Of a stretch of 64,000 nt of DNA, positions 9,747-19,800 are shown in pieces. The DNA lies in assembly GCA_041671645.1 (NCBI GenBank), contig JBAZBD010000001.1, forward strand, positions 735,234 through 799,233, given 5' to 3'. The stretch's first letter is position 1. Each line of letters opens with the position of its first letter. Source of the stretch: Patescibacteria group bacterium (GTDB lineage Bacteria > Patescibacteriota > UBA1384 > XYA2-FULL-43-10 > 1-14-0-10-43-13). A model generated the notes under the pieces. It was not told where the DNA came from. It made no database searches and saw only the letters and a list, made by a program, of their open reading frames with translations. The position numbers were made by a program, and so were the translations under genes.

Positions 9747-9834
9747 GTTGCATAACATCTTCAGGCATTACTCAGTTTGCTCATTTATAATCATCTTAGG
9801 GTCGATAAGATAATAATAAATAAGAAGGAGAATT

Positions 9835-10299
9835 ATGAAGAACAAGAAGATTTTACTTTCCGTGACCGCGCTGACACTGGCCGTAGCTGGTGCAGTCTGG
9901 TACGGCGGGAACAAGGTACTAGCGGCAAACGGTGTTGGACATGACGCAATGGTCTCGACATTATCAGAGAAACTTGGTGTGCCAGAAGACAAAGTTACCG
10001 CGGCATTCGATTCGATCGAAACACAGCGACAGGCAGACAGAGTAGCAGAGCGAAAAAACCAGCTCGATAAAGCTGTCTCGGCCGGCGTGATTACACAGGA
10101 GCAGGAAGATAAGCTGGTAGCGAAGCACGCGGAGCTTCAAGCAGACAGAGAAAAGGAACGCACGGAGCTTGAGCAATGGTACAAGGATAACGGTATTGAT
10201 CAGAGCAAGCTGTCTGAATATACCGGACGCGGAGGAATAGGTATGGGGCAAGGTATGGGTAGAGGAATGGGCGGCCAAGGGCATATGGGCGGAATCTAA
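9835..10299 (+). CDS. Secreted/helical hypothetical protein with Gly-Met-rich tail
   Basis: Signal peptide, AGGAG RBS, GMGQGMGRGMGG tail. Confidence 0.8.
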   Translation: MKNKKILLSVTALTLAVAGAVWYGGNKVLAANGVGHDAMVSTLSEKLGVPEDKVTAAFDSIETQRQADRVAERKNQLDKAVSAGVITQEQEDKLVAKHAELQADREKERTELEQWYKDNGIDQSKLSEYTGRGGIGMGQGMGRGMGGQGHMGGI

Positions 10300-10309
10300 T
10301 AAGTAATAT

Positions 10310-10337
10310 GAAACACCTCACATATGTGAGGTGTTTC
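10310..10337. repeat. Perfect 28-bp palindrome (terminator or operator)
   Basis: GAAACACCTCACATATGTGAGGTGTTTC. Confidence 0.7.
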
Positions 10338-10421
10338 TGTATTCCGTCGCCAAATTTTTAAATTCTTGACATATGTGGTAGATTGCTCCTAAGCACTCTA
10401 CGCACACTGGGAGGCAAAAAT

Positions 10422-10829
10422 ATGAACGCACAAGAACTGCTTGACAAGGGATACTGGTATGAAGGCGAATATGCCTATCTCTCTACTCCAGAATGGCGCA
10501 AATGGGAAAAGTTGATCGAATGCATCAAGAAAGACAGCGATAAGACTGTCTGGAATCTGATCAAACTTGCCGAGAGCTGTGTCCGCCCATTCACAGCCGC
10601 TTCTCAGCGCTTAGACGAAATAATCGAGGCTTCGCCGAAGTACCAGGATTCTTTTGCAAACGACCCGCTTGACAGCGCTTTCTTCGAAAGAGTTCGCGAC
10701 TACGCTCAGATGCTGAGAGACGAGGACGATCTGACTGCCGACAACGAGTACGTCATCCACGAGCTCATCCTCGAGGTTGGGCCAGGCGAACCGGGCCGAT
10801 GCGCCCTGTACTACAAGTTAAATCGCTGA
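10422..10829 (+). CDS. Hypothetical protein
   Basis: GGAGG RBS before ATG 10422; own promoter and terminator. Confidence 0.7.
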   Translation: MNAQELLDKGYWYEGEYAYLSTPEWRKWEKLIECIKKDSDKTVWNLIKLAESCVRPFTAASQRLDEIIEASPKYQDSFANDPLDSAFFERVRDYAQMLRDEDDLTADNEYVIHELILEVGPGEPGRCALYYKLNR

Positions 10830-10973
10830 GTTTTCTCTTCTCTCCCGACACGCTTCGGGAGAGAATTTTATTTTTGCTGCAGGATGACGACCTATTCCAG
10901 ATTTTTTCTTGACAAAGTGACAAAAAAGTTGTATACATTGGACAGATAACGCCAAGCCGTAGGAGGTAGAAAT

Positions 10974-11729
10974 GTGGTATCGTCGCTGCTCTTAATAGCG
11001 ATGTACCTCATCGCTGTATTCCTAATCTTGATTATCTTGGTCGCGCTTATCATGATTACGATTCGTAATTCTGAAATATCTGCGGTTAGAAAAGAAAATG
11101 GAGACATCGCGGGACTTTTGAGCCAATTAAATGTCAAATCCGCAATAGTCGTCATCGCCCATCCTGATGACGAAACTCTTGGGGCTTTCAGTCTCATGGC
11201 CTCAATGGTTTCGCAAGGGATCAGAGTTCAAGTAGTCTTGGCCTCGGACGGTAATCGTCGGGGTCTGGGGAATCTTCGAATCGAGGAGTTTCTCAGCGCC
11301 ATGGCCAAATTGGAGATCAGCTATGACAATTTATTTTTCCTGGGTTACTCAGACGGTAAATTGTTTGACTCTGCAGAGAGGATTGAAGCAGATCTGCTGA
11401 AAATCATGACTGAGCGCGATCCTGACCTGATCGTTTCCCATTATATTGGTGATCAGCATCCCGATCATCATTGTGTGGCAACAATCATGCAAAGCATCGG
11501 TCTGGATCGAGACAATCTGGTTCTCAGCTTTCCAATTTATGCTGATATGTTCAAGCGTCTCACAAAAGACGATGGCTGGTATCACTGCGATAGCCAAGCC
11601 AAACGGCCAAAGAGATTCGCCCTGACATCTTATCTCTCACAGATGATGAATCCCATCTTGTCACCACTGTTCTTGCGAGCGTGGTACTGTAGCGAGATCT
11701 TTCATATGACCAAAAACACTACCACTTGA
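10974..11729 (+). CDS. PIG-L/LmbE family deacetylase, membrane anchored
   Basis: AHPDDE and HPDH motifs; N-terminal TM. Confidence 0.85.
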   Translation: MVSSLLLIAMYLIAVFLILIILVALIMITIRNSEISAVRKENGDIAGLLSQLNVKSAIVVIAHPDDETLGAFSLMASMVSQGIRVQVVLASDGNRRGLGNLRIEEFLSAMAKLEISYDNLFFLGYSDGKLFDSAERIEADLLKIMTERDPDLIVSHYIGDQHPDHHCVATIMQSIGLDRDNLVLSFPIYADMFKRLTKDDGWYHCDSQAKRPKRFALTSYLSQMMNPILSPLFLRAWYCSEIFHMTKNTTT

Positions 11730-11858
11730 TAACTCGAGTGGTATTTTATTTGATCGTGAATCTAGGTTGACGCAGAACGAGAAATTGAGTATAGTTTTTT
11801 CAGCATTTTGTAGCTAGGCACAACGCCAGAATATGCTACTTCTGCGAAGGGGGTTGTC

Positions 11859-12539
11859 ATGAGTATGACAATGGTTTTGTGCTCAATCTTGGGGGCACTG
11901 GTTGGTTTATCAATGATCTTCCCAATCTATCTCTGCCGAGCCAATTCTGGCTCGGGACGATACTCAGGGAAACATGTGTTTTTCACCGTTTTGGTGATAA
12001 TGGTGGGGGTGGCATTTGACGTAGCCAGTGCCACCGCTTTGATTTTGTGGCACAGCTTCCTGCTCTTTATAGTGCTGGGTGCAATGTCGCTGATAATTAT
12101 CAATTGCACATCGATGATGGTCAGGGTGCCACCGATAAATATCAAATCGGAAAAGATTATTGGTTGGTACCGCCAAGGATTGGAACCATGGAAATTTTCC
12201 AAAGAGTGGAAAATAGAAGAACTGAGAGTAGGATTTCTGGTCTTTGCCAACTTCGTTGGCGGCAGGATATCCCACAAAGAAGTGACAAACCAGTCCAAAC
12301 GGCTTGGCTGTGAAATTGTCTACGAGGCAACTGGAACAGGATTGCCACGCGAGTTTAAGACTGCTTTCGAGTTTTGGTCACCAAAGATCGAAGGTGATAT
12401 TCATTCGACCCCAACGAGCGCTTCAGTCGAGGAAATGCTGAAAGGGTGTAAATTGGATACCCACTCCCCATATCTCAGAATTGAGATTAGAAATCCGTGG
12501 AGGAAAGAGCTTCACCGGCCCTCAGCTCTGAAAAAGTAA
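11859..12539 (+). CDS. Hypothetical membrane protein
   Basis: Three N-terminal TM helices; promoter and terminator flank it. Confidence 0.65.
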   Translation: MSMTMVLCSILGALVGLSMIFPIYLCRANSGSGRYSGKHVFFTVLVIMVGVAFDVASATALILWHSFLLFIVLGAMSLIIINCTSMMVRVPPINIKSEKIIGWYRQGLEPWKFSKEWKIEELRVGFLVFANFVGGRISHKEVTNQSKRLGCEIVYEATGTGLPREFKTAFEFWSPKIEGDIHSTPTSASVEEMLKGCKLDTHSPYLRIEIRNPWRKELHRPSALKK

Positions 12540-12664
12540 TTCTATCTACCTTCGCTTCATCCCATCGCGGTGTGAAGCGATTTTTATTTTGCTAGACAGA
12601 GAGAGCATATTCTGGTATTAGTAAGACCATACTTGAATGATACAGGTCGAAAAGGAGGCCAATC

Positions 12665-13075
12665 ATGGTACACAAAGTCGTATACCTCTCTGACTACAAG
12701 AGAGCAAAAATGGACGACAAACAGATTGAAGGGTGGGTCTATGTCTTTTTCCAGGCCGCAGGCGTTAAGCCAGAAGACATTGAAATAATCCCGTATCACG
12801 TCGCACTTGGAAGCGCATCAGAGAAGACCCTGGGCGACGCTCTCACACAGGCAAGAGATGAAGAATTCGACGCAGTAGTTGTATCCGAATCTGTCGGACG
12901 CGTACATTGGTCGACAGCAATTTACTTTGGGATGTGCCACGATATTCCAATGTTGCTGAAACGAGAAGGCACCGAGACCCTTCACCTTACTCAGGTCGTT
13001 TTCGGCCCGACAATTTGCGAACGCATTCGCGCCGCACAAAAGAGCAACGAAAAATGCGAGCAAGTGCCCGTTTAA
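12665..13075 (+). CDS. Hypothetical protein
   Basis: AGGAGG RBS; terminator follows. Confidence 0.7.
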   Translation: MVHKVVYLSDYKRAKMDDKQIEGWVYVFFQAAGVKPEDIEIIPYHVALGSASEKTLGDALTQARDEEFDAVVVSESVGRVHWSTAIYFGMCHDIPMLLKREGTETLHLTQVVFGPTICERIRAAQKSNEKCEQVPV

Positions 13076-13165
13076 CACCAAAACCCGCCCCCGACCCAGT
13101 CGGGGGCTTTTTATTTTCTTCTGTATTTAAAATTCCCCGCCGGCGCAAAGCTGACGGGGACTGAT

Positions 13166-14749
13166 TTATTTGTGATTTTTTCCATTTCCTCCGATCAGGA
13201 AGAAATCGCAGGCATACTTACTCTTGAGATTTGGATCAATATTCTTGCAATATTCATTCATGAGATTGATCCATTTTCCGACTATATCAAACTCTTGCTC
13301 GAACTTGTCCTTAAGTTTAGTTACAAGAGTTCCTTGCGGTCCCGCCCCTGCCTTATTGGCATAAAGGGCAATTGTCGCAACATTGTGATTGAAAGTTTCC
13401 TCAAAGCTCCGTCGCAAGCAAGCATACATTTCAACAAGTTGGCTGATCTGAAGATTTCCGTTTAGCGAGACCTGGTGGCTCGCTTGGATACACTGGGCTT
13501 TATTGCGCTGAGCGGCCATTGCTTTGGTACGAAAATCAAGCAACTCTTTTCGATATGGATCCTGGATCCTGTCATCCATCTTGGGGTGATCTGGGCTGTT
13601 ATTGTCATACGCAGCCTCAGTCCAAAGTCGCAAGAGGTATTCGTCGACTTCTACGCCGTTAACGAAGACTTTTTGACCATCAGTCAATGGGACCAAAAGC
13701 TGAGTATTCTGAACTGGAGTAGGGCTTGTTTGCCCGTTATTTTTCAGAGCCTTCTCTCGCCTCTCAATCTCCTTTTCTCGTGTGGTCAATTGATCTTCTC
13801 GCGTGTTTAACGCTCGCTCCCTGTTATCAAGGGCAGTTTCGCGTTTATCCAGTGCAGCCTCCCTATCTGCCTGGTCATCACTCGTGTCTTGCATCGAATC
13901 TGAGAATGCGCTCTCAATTTGTTGCAATTCGCTATCAGACGGCAACAAATCTTTCTTCTGCACAAGCAGTGGGTTCGTGATAAGCGCGGCTAACATGTTC
14001 ACAAGTCCCGGAGCGAAATCATCAAGCGCCCTTAGCAACGCTGCCTCGATTGCCTCCGGTGTGACTTGCTGACCACCCGTCCTTGATTGAAACTCTTGTA
14101 GTGCTTCGACCATTACTGCTTTCATCGCCGCTGACATTGAGTCAAACGGTTTTGGCGGCAGGGTCTCCACCTCCACAGCTTCAGCGTTTTCGACAACCTT
14201 TGTCTCAGGCACCACTTCTTGATCTACCCGATCCTCCTTCTTCGGCTCAGCCTTTGGTGTGGGCCTTGCTTCAGCTTTTTTTGGAGGCTTGGCCTCTTTC
14301 TCGGGCTTTGCCTTCGCTTTCTTCGGCTCTCTCGGCGCCCGTGTCTTTTCCACGGGTGGCGGTGGTATTTCTTTGGGTTTTTCTACCGGTATGACCCCAA
14401 GCAAATCATGAATGGCCCTGATGATATCAACTGGACATTCTGATTTTTCGAGATCGTTGTCGGCGGTGATCAGAGATTCAAGATGTAGTTCCAAGAATCT
14501 CTTGTTGCGGCCAGTCTTCTCTGCCAGTCCGATCGCGGCAATGAAATCAGGTATAGTCCTATCTCCCGTCGCCACTTTGATCCTTCGGACCAATTGCCCA
14601 AGCTCAATTGAGCTATTCAGGCCATCTTGTTCTGCCATGTCAATGTACCTCGTAAACAGATTTCTCCCATGAGGAAGAGTTATGAAGATACTATCAGGGC
14701 GAGAGTGATATGAGAATATGCTGAGGGGCGATGCATTTGTCCGCATCAA
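13166..14749 (-). CDS. Hypothetical protein with Pro/Lys-rich linker and heptad repeats (true start probably near 14638)
   Basis: Long ORF; repeats REAALDK/RETALDN/RERALNT/REDQLTT. Confidence 0.7.
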   Translation of the reverse strand: MMRTNASPLSIFSYHSRPDSIFITLPHGRNLFTRYIDMAEQDGLNSSIELGQLVRRIKVATGDRTIPDFIAAIGLAEKTGRNKRFLELHLESLITADNDLEKSECPVDIIRAIHDLLGVIPVEKPKEIPPPPVEKTRAPREPKKAKAKPEKEAKPPKKAEARPTPKAEPKKEDRVDQEVVPETKVVENAEAVEVETLPPKPFDSMSAAMKAVMVEALQEFQSRTGGQQVTPEAIEAALLRALDDFAPGLVNMLAALITNPLLVQKKDLLPSDSELQQIESAFSDSMQDTSDDQADREAALDKRETALDNRERALNTREDQLTTREKEIERREKALKNNGQTSPTPVQNTQLLVPLTDGQKVFVNGVEVDEYLLRLWTEAAYDNNSPDHPKMDDRIQDPYRKELLDFRTKAMAAQRNKAQCIQASHQVSLNGNLQISQLVEMYACLRRSFEETFNHNVATIALYANKAGAGPQGTLVTKLKDKFEQEFDIVGKWINLMNEYCKNIDPNLKSKYACDFFLIGGNGKNHK

Positions 14750-14834
14750 ACTTGGGCTTTTTTATTTACAAACCGTCATTTTTGTTGTATTATCACGAAA
14801 TCTTACTGCATACCGCATACGGGAGGAAATAGAA

Positions 14835-15863
14835 ATGAACGGTAGAGTAATTCATACCATTGGGATAGACGCAATGGGGGGTGATCATGCTCCTCGCGTT
14901 CCCGTCTTGGCCACGGTCAAGGCAATGTACCAACTGCCGGATTTTAATTTTTTAATCTTTGGTGATGCGACTGAAATCAAGAAACATCTCCACGGAAATG
15001 ATTACCGGCGAATCGAAATTGTCCATTGCAAAGATGCGATCGGGATGGACGAATCAGTCAAGCTGTCGACCTTCAAGCGAGAAGACTCCTCGCTTTCAGT
15101 CATGCTCAACTTGCTGAAAACGGGCGGGCTTGGCGGAGTATTAAGCGGCGGGAACACTGCCGTCTACGGCGCTATGGCCAAAAGTATCCTTGAGACAATT
15201 GAAGGGTTCGAGCGCGCTGCCCTGGCAGCAGTCCTACCTGGGAACAAAATCATGTTGGACGTCGGTGGAAACGTCGACTCCACGCCAGCAACATTATTGC
15301 CTTGGGCAATTGGCGGCGCGGCATTCGCTCAGAAGGTTCAGGGTAAGGACCATCCGGTAGTCGCGCTACTCTCGATTGGAAGTGGACTGAAGAAAGGCAA
15401 CAAGCTGGTCAAAGAGACCTATCCGCTTCTCCAGGAAGCCGCTGCAAAAGGACTTTTCCGCCTTAGCGATAGCCACATTGAGCCAGACAAACTACTGGTC
15501 GACCGAGAGGTCGACGTCATCTTGACAGATGGCTTTAGCGGAAATATCGCCCTAAAGGCTATCGAAGGAGCCTCATCGGCTATCAAGGAAATCGGTCGCC
15601 GACACTGGTATTTAGCGCCAATATTTCTTGCTCTAAAGTTGGCTATGAGACCATTGAGCTATGAAAAGTTTAACGGTGCTCCGTTCATTGGATTGCGTCA
15701 TGGTGTTGTCGTCAAGAGCCATGGTCGCGCCGGTGTCGAAGCTTATATCAACGCAATCCGGGTCGTAGCACGAGCAATCGAGTCAAACCTGACCGAGATC
15801 ATCCGATACGGGGTATGCCCCGAATCAGTTCTAAAACCCAAAAATCAGCAGTCTGCTCTCTAG
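14835..15863 (+). CDS. plsX: Phosphate acyltransferase PlsX
   Basis: IDAMGGDHAP, SGGNT, LDVGGN, TDGFSGNIALK, KSHG motifs. Confidence 0.9.
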   Translation: MNGRVIHTIGIDAMGGDHAPRVPVLATVKAMYQLPDFNFLIFGDATEIKKHLHGNDYRRIEIVHCKDAIGMDESVKLSTFKREDSSLSVMLNLLKTGGLGGVLSGGNTAVYGAMAKSILETIEGFERAALAAVLPGNKIMLDVGGNVDSTPATLLPWAIGGAAFAQKVQGKDHPVVALLSIGSGLKKGNKLVKETYPLLQEAAAKGLFRLSDSHIEPDKLLVDREVDVILTDGFSGNIALKAIEGASSAIKEIGRRHWYLAPIFLALKLAMRPLSYEKFNGAPFIGLRHGVVVKSHGRAGVEAYINAIRVVARAIESNLTEIIRYGVCPESVLKPKNQQSAL

Positions 15864-16017
15864 GCAGGCTGTTTTTATATTTGATATCCACAGCCCCCAT
15901 TGTGCCAAAGGCTGTTATACTACAAATAATAGAAGGCTAATAAGTACTTTGACATGTACTGCTAGACAAACGGATAGCAATTTTTGGTGGTAAAAAATCT
16001 ACAAGGGGGGGAATCCG

Positions 16018-16956
16018 ATGAGTAATTTACCAACTCAGAACCTTGCCCCTGATAATATTTCAGAGGCATACAGAACTCGTTTTTTCCGAGCTTTTTGCCC
16101 GGACCTCGGCAGCCCGACGGGTTGCTGCGGCAGAGATCACTGCAAGTTCGTCTTGGCGGTGGCAAACAAAGACCTCGCAACCATGGAAAACTTGATGGCA
16201 TGGGACGGGAGCGAGTATTGCCACAGCCAAAGTCAGGGCATGGGGAGGACACGACTTCATTTGGCGGCCCTTCATGGCCGAAGTGAAGCAGTGGAAAATC
16301 TCCTGCTCGAAGGCAAGGACATTAACTGCCGGGATGACTATGGCAACACACCATTTGCCCTGGCAATGATCGAGCATCAACATGGAGCGGCCGACCTGCT
16401 GGTCCGTCTTGGCGCCGATATCAACTGCGCCAACAAGCTTGGCAGAACGATTCTGCACGAGGCCGCATGGCATAATTGGCGTGACTCCACTGACATTATG
16501 CTCTGCTGGGGGCAGGATCGCCTCCTCCAGGTCAATTACTTCGACCAGAACTTTCAATTACCAGTCGATGACGCTCTGTCGATGGGCAACTACGACCTTG
16601 CGACATTGCTGGTAAAGTTTGGAGCGATCACCGCCATCCATAGCAAAGCACAAATGCTTGGCGAATGGGTTGGCGACAGCGCCTTCCACTACGTGTGGCG
16701 GAATTCTCCCCTCAAAGGCGTTCTTGCGCGGCGCGACCTTGACCTTTTCAAGGCTCTGGTCACACCCGACTCCGTCTTTCGACACCATTTGGTGTACGAG
16801 GCGAATCTGATCATCAGACATGCTCATGAGATTTTCCAGGACGCGCACTCTAACTTTGTCCTGGCGATCGCGGATCACTTCCGAAGCCTGATTCGGCAAT
16901 CTGCCGAAGAAAGCGTAGGCGTGAATGAACTGCTTGCACAATTAGAATGTGCTTAG
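16018..16956 (+). CDS. Ankyrin repeat protein
   Basis: GRTRLHLAA, GNTPFALA, GRTILHEAA repeats. Confidence 0.85.
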   Translation: MSNLPTQNLAPDNISEAYRTRFFRAFCPDLGSPTGCCGRDHCKFVLAVANKDLATMENLMAWDGSEYCHSQSQGMGRTRLHLAALHGRSEAVENLLLEGKDINCRDDYGNTPFALAMIEHQHGAADLLVRLGADINCANKLGRTILHEAAWHNWRDSTDIMLCWGQDRLLQVNYFDQNFQLPVDDALSMGNYDLATLLVKFGAITAIHSKAQMLGEWVGDSAFHYVWRNSPLKGVLARRDLDLFKALVTPDSVFRHHLVYEANLIIRHAHEIFQDAHSNFVLAIADHFRSLIRQSAEESVGVNELLAQLECA

Positions 16957-17110
16957 ACATACTCTGGCTCGAGTCGACTCCGACTCGAGCCTTTTTATGT
17001 TGACAGAGAGAAGAAAAGTAGTTATAATGCGCCCAATGTCCAAGATCAAAATGAGCTACCAAATATAGTCATTTTGAACTTGGCAAAAAAATGAGGAGGG
17101 ATAGAATCCC

Positions 17111-18271
17111 ATGGCACACAAACCAACTTTCCGGATCCTCGTCGGAGGATGGCACCTGATGGAGCAAACAATGGGCTTCGGCAATCCGACCAAGGGCGGA
17201 GCGAAAACAATGGACGAGGCATTACGCCAAGTCGCGGATCTGAATGAAGAGCTGTACGACGAGCACGGTTTCGAGCTTAGTGTCTCGGCCCATTTCTGGC
17301 ACGAAATCATGGTATCGCCAAGAGCAGAGAAACTGCGCGATACCTTGCAGTTCAACAATTCGCGCGCCTTATTCCTTGATGAATGGATGTTAGGGATCGA
17401 TGAAGGGATCTACCCCAAGATCGGTCGCATCATCCCGCCGGGCTTCGGCTTACCTTGGAGCGACGACGGCGCTCTGATCAATCCTGACCCAGTCGTGCGC
17501 CAAATTCACCACGACGTGATGGTTCACGCGTTTAAAGAGTCAGCTCATGTACGCGAGTCAGGTCACGGTCTGGGCAACGTCATTTATTGGACCGGGCCGG
17601 ATGGCATTCGCTGGCAAAGGCTGGTCAACGGCGTTGATTCAACCCTGAGTTATGAAGACAACCCCAACCTCGAAGAGTGGAGAATGATAGTTGAAGGCCT
17701 AACCAACGCAGTCGGTGAAGCTCGCGGCCTGGGCTACACCAACGAAAAACTTCTGATTGAAGCAAAGGAAGGTGGAGACCCTTGTTACCTTGACCCGTTT
17801 ACCGACGTATCCCTCCAGATCCTGGCGATTAGCCAAATCAACGAAGGCGTCGGTGCCAAAGTAGCAGAGTGGCAGGGAGAATTCTGCCACACCCGTGGCG
17901 GTGGTACAACCTTTGCCAATGGGATGACCCAAGCGATCGGCGGTGGCGTATTTGGTGGGCGCATTCATCTGAATTCTGGCCCCATAGCTAATCAGCGGTT
18001 TAGCACTATGCTGGCTAAGGGAACACCACTTTCCAAATTCCAGCAGTATGTCGATCCAGACTATTTGCCCGGCCAGGGTGTAGAAGAATGGCTGGACGAT
18101 CAGCAAAAGTCTATCCAAATTGGCGCAGAATGGTCAGCCCAAACCGGGCAACCGTTCGAAATCGAATTCGACGCTCGCTTCTCCAGATACCCTGACATGA
18201 TGGGCGAACTGCGCAAATCAACGCTATGGACTCTACATGAGTTGCAGAAACACGGCGCCTTACCGGCCTAA
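17111..18271 (+). CDS. Xylose isomerase-like TIM barrel protein
   Basis: DGALINPDP.VR, WTGPDG, LIEAK..DP, IHLN, FD motifs resemble xylose isomerase. Confidence 0.65.
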   Translation: MAHKPTFRILVGGWHLMEQTMGFGNPTKGGAKTMDEALRQVADLNEELYDEHGFELSVSAHFWHEIMVSPRAEKLRDTLQFNNSRALFLDEWMLGIDEGIYPKIGRIIPPGFGLPWSDDGALINPDPVVRQIHHDVMVHAFKESAHVRESGHGLGNVIYWTGPDGIRWQRLVNGVDSTLSYEDNPNLEEWRMIVEGLTNAVGEARGLGYTNEKLLIEAKEGGDPCYLDPFTDVSLQILAISQINEGVGAKVAEWQGEFCHTRGGGTTFANGMTQAIGGGVFGGRIHLNSGPIANQRFSTMLAKGTPLSKFQQYVDPDYLPGQGVEEWLDDQQKSIQIGAEWSAQTGQPFEIEFDARFSRYPDMMGELRKSTLWTLHELQKHGALPA

Positions 18272-18515
18272 CCTTCTCTTGCTTACACTCCCCCGATGGA
18301 TTCCATCGGGGGATTTTTATTTCTCCCTCTTGATTTTTTGTGAAAGTAGTGATATAATAACTACATATTAAGATTGTTCTATAGATTTCCGAAGTAGTAA
18401 TAAATTCGATGTTCTATACGGCAATACGAATTTATTAATGGGTACCCTTTGGGTCCCACACAGAAGGAAATCAATGCAAACGCAAAAAAGGCGCCAATCC
18501 GCCTCTTATTACTTT

Positions 18516-19712
18516 ATGCCTGCAAAAGCACAGGGCAACAGATTCTCTCACGGTTCGAGAGGAAATTTTCGTGGTTCTCAGGGACCTCGCAAGCGTAGCT
18601 TTAGCGAGTCAATCGACGTATCGAAATTCGTTAAAAAAGCCTCTCCAAAAGTTGAGACTGTTTACGAATCAGAACGTACTTTCGCTGACTTCGGCTTCTG
18701 CCCAGAAGTTTACAAGAATTTGGCTTACAAGAAATACACCAAGCCAACTCCGATTCAGGATCAAGCTATCCCATATGTCAAAGAGGGACGAGACATTATC
18801 GGCTTGGCCAATACAGGAACAGGCAAAACTGCTGCTTTCCTCTTGCCTTTGATCGAAAAAGTTTATAAGGACAGAGATCAGAAGGTAATTGTGATCGCTC
18901 CTACTCGCGAGCTCGCTCTACAGATCGAAGTTGAACTTCGTGACTTTTCATGGAATATGAAAATCTTCTCCGCTACCTGTGTTGGTGGTATGCCAATCTT
19001 CAAGCAAATTCAAAATCTGCGCCGCAATCCTGCCTTCGTAATCGGTACTCCTGGTAGATTGAAAGATCTAGCTGAGAAGGGATATATCGATTTCACCAAA
19101 TTCAACAATGTTGTTTTGGACGAGGTTGACCGAATGCTGGACATGGGTTTTGTTGATGAAATCAGAGAAATTTTGAACAAAATCCCAGCCGAAAGACAGA
19201 CTCTCTTCTTCTCAGCTACTATGCCTCCAAAAATCAAAGAATTGACAAGCAAATTCCTGACTGATCCGATCACGGTCGAGGTCAAATCAGGCGAAACTGC
19301 CGACAACGTCGAGCAGGATATCATCCGCGTCAGAAGCAAAGATTCCAAATTTGTTCAGCTGACAGACCTTCTCAAGACTCCAGATTTCAAAAAAGTCTTG
19401 ATCTTCGCTGAGACCAAATCTGAAGTTGATAAATTGGCTACCAATTTGAAACATGAAGGTTTCAGAGCCGATTGTATCCATGGCGACAAGAGACAGCGCG
19501 AACGCGCACGATCCCTGACCCAGTTCAAGACCAACGATGTCAAAATCTTGGTTGCGACCGACGTCGCCGCTCGTGGACTTGATATCAAGGATATCACTCA
19601 CGTCATCAATTACACTGTTCCTCAGACCTACACTGACTATATTCACCGAATCGGCCGTACCGGCCGCGGTAACAGTATGGGTATGGCACTCACTTTCGTA
19701 CCTGGCTACTAA
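18516..19712 (+). CDS. DEAD/DEAH-box RNA helicase (RhlE-like)
   Basis: PTPIQ, TGTGKT, PTRELA, DEVD, SAT, HRIGRTGR. Confidence 0.95.
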   Translation: MPAKAQGNRFSHGSRGNFRGSQGPRKRSFSESIDVSKFVKKASPKVETVYESERTFADFGFCPEVYKNLAYKKYTKPTPIQDQAIPYVKEGRDIIGLANTGTGKTAAFLLPLIEKVYKDRDQKVIVIAPTRELALQIEVELRDFSWNMKIFSATCVGGMPIFKQIQNLRRNPAFVIGTPGRLKDLAEKGYIDFTKFNNVVLDEVDRMLDMGFVDEIREILNKIPAERQTLFFSATMPPKIKELTSKFLTDPITVEVKSGETADNVEQDIIRVRSKDSKFVQLTDLLKTPDFKKVLIFAETKSEVDKLATNLKHEGFRADCIHGDKRQRERARSLTQFKTNDVKILVATDVAARGLDIKDITHVINYTVPQTYTDYIHRIGRTGRGNSMGMALTFVPGY

Positions 19713-19800
19713 GAGACATGAAAAACGTCCCGATTTATATCGGGGCGTTTTTTGGTATACAGGCCTTTCATAAATGCACAAAATCAATTATGATCTGAGT

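Noticed and set aside
18440-18447. GGTACCC match to the tRNA-Arg att core as a third island boundary
   Set aside because: Only 7 bp, part of a local hairpin, and no integrase lies between it and tRNA-Arg(CCG)
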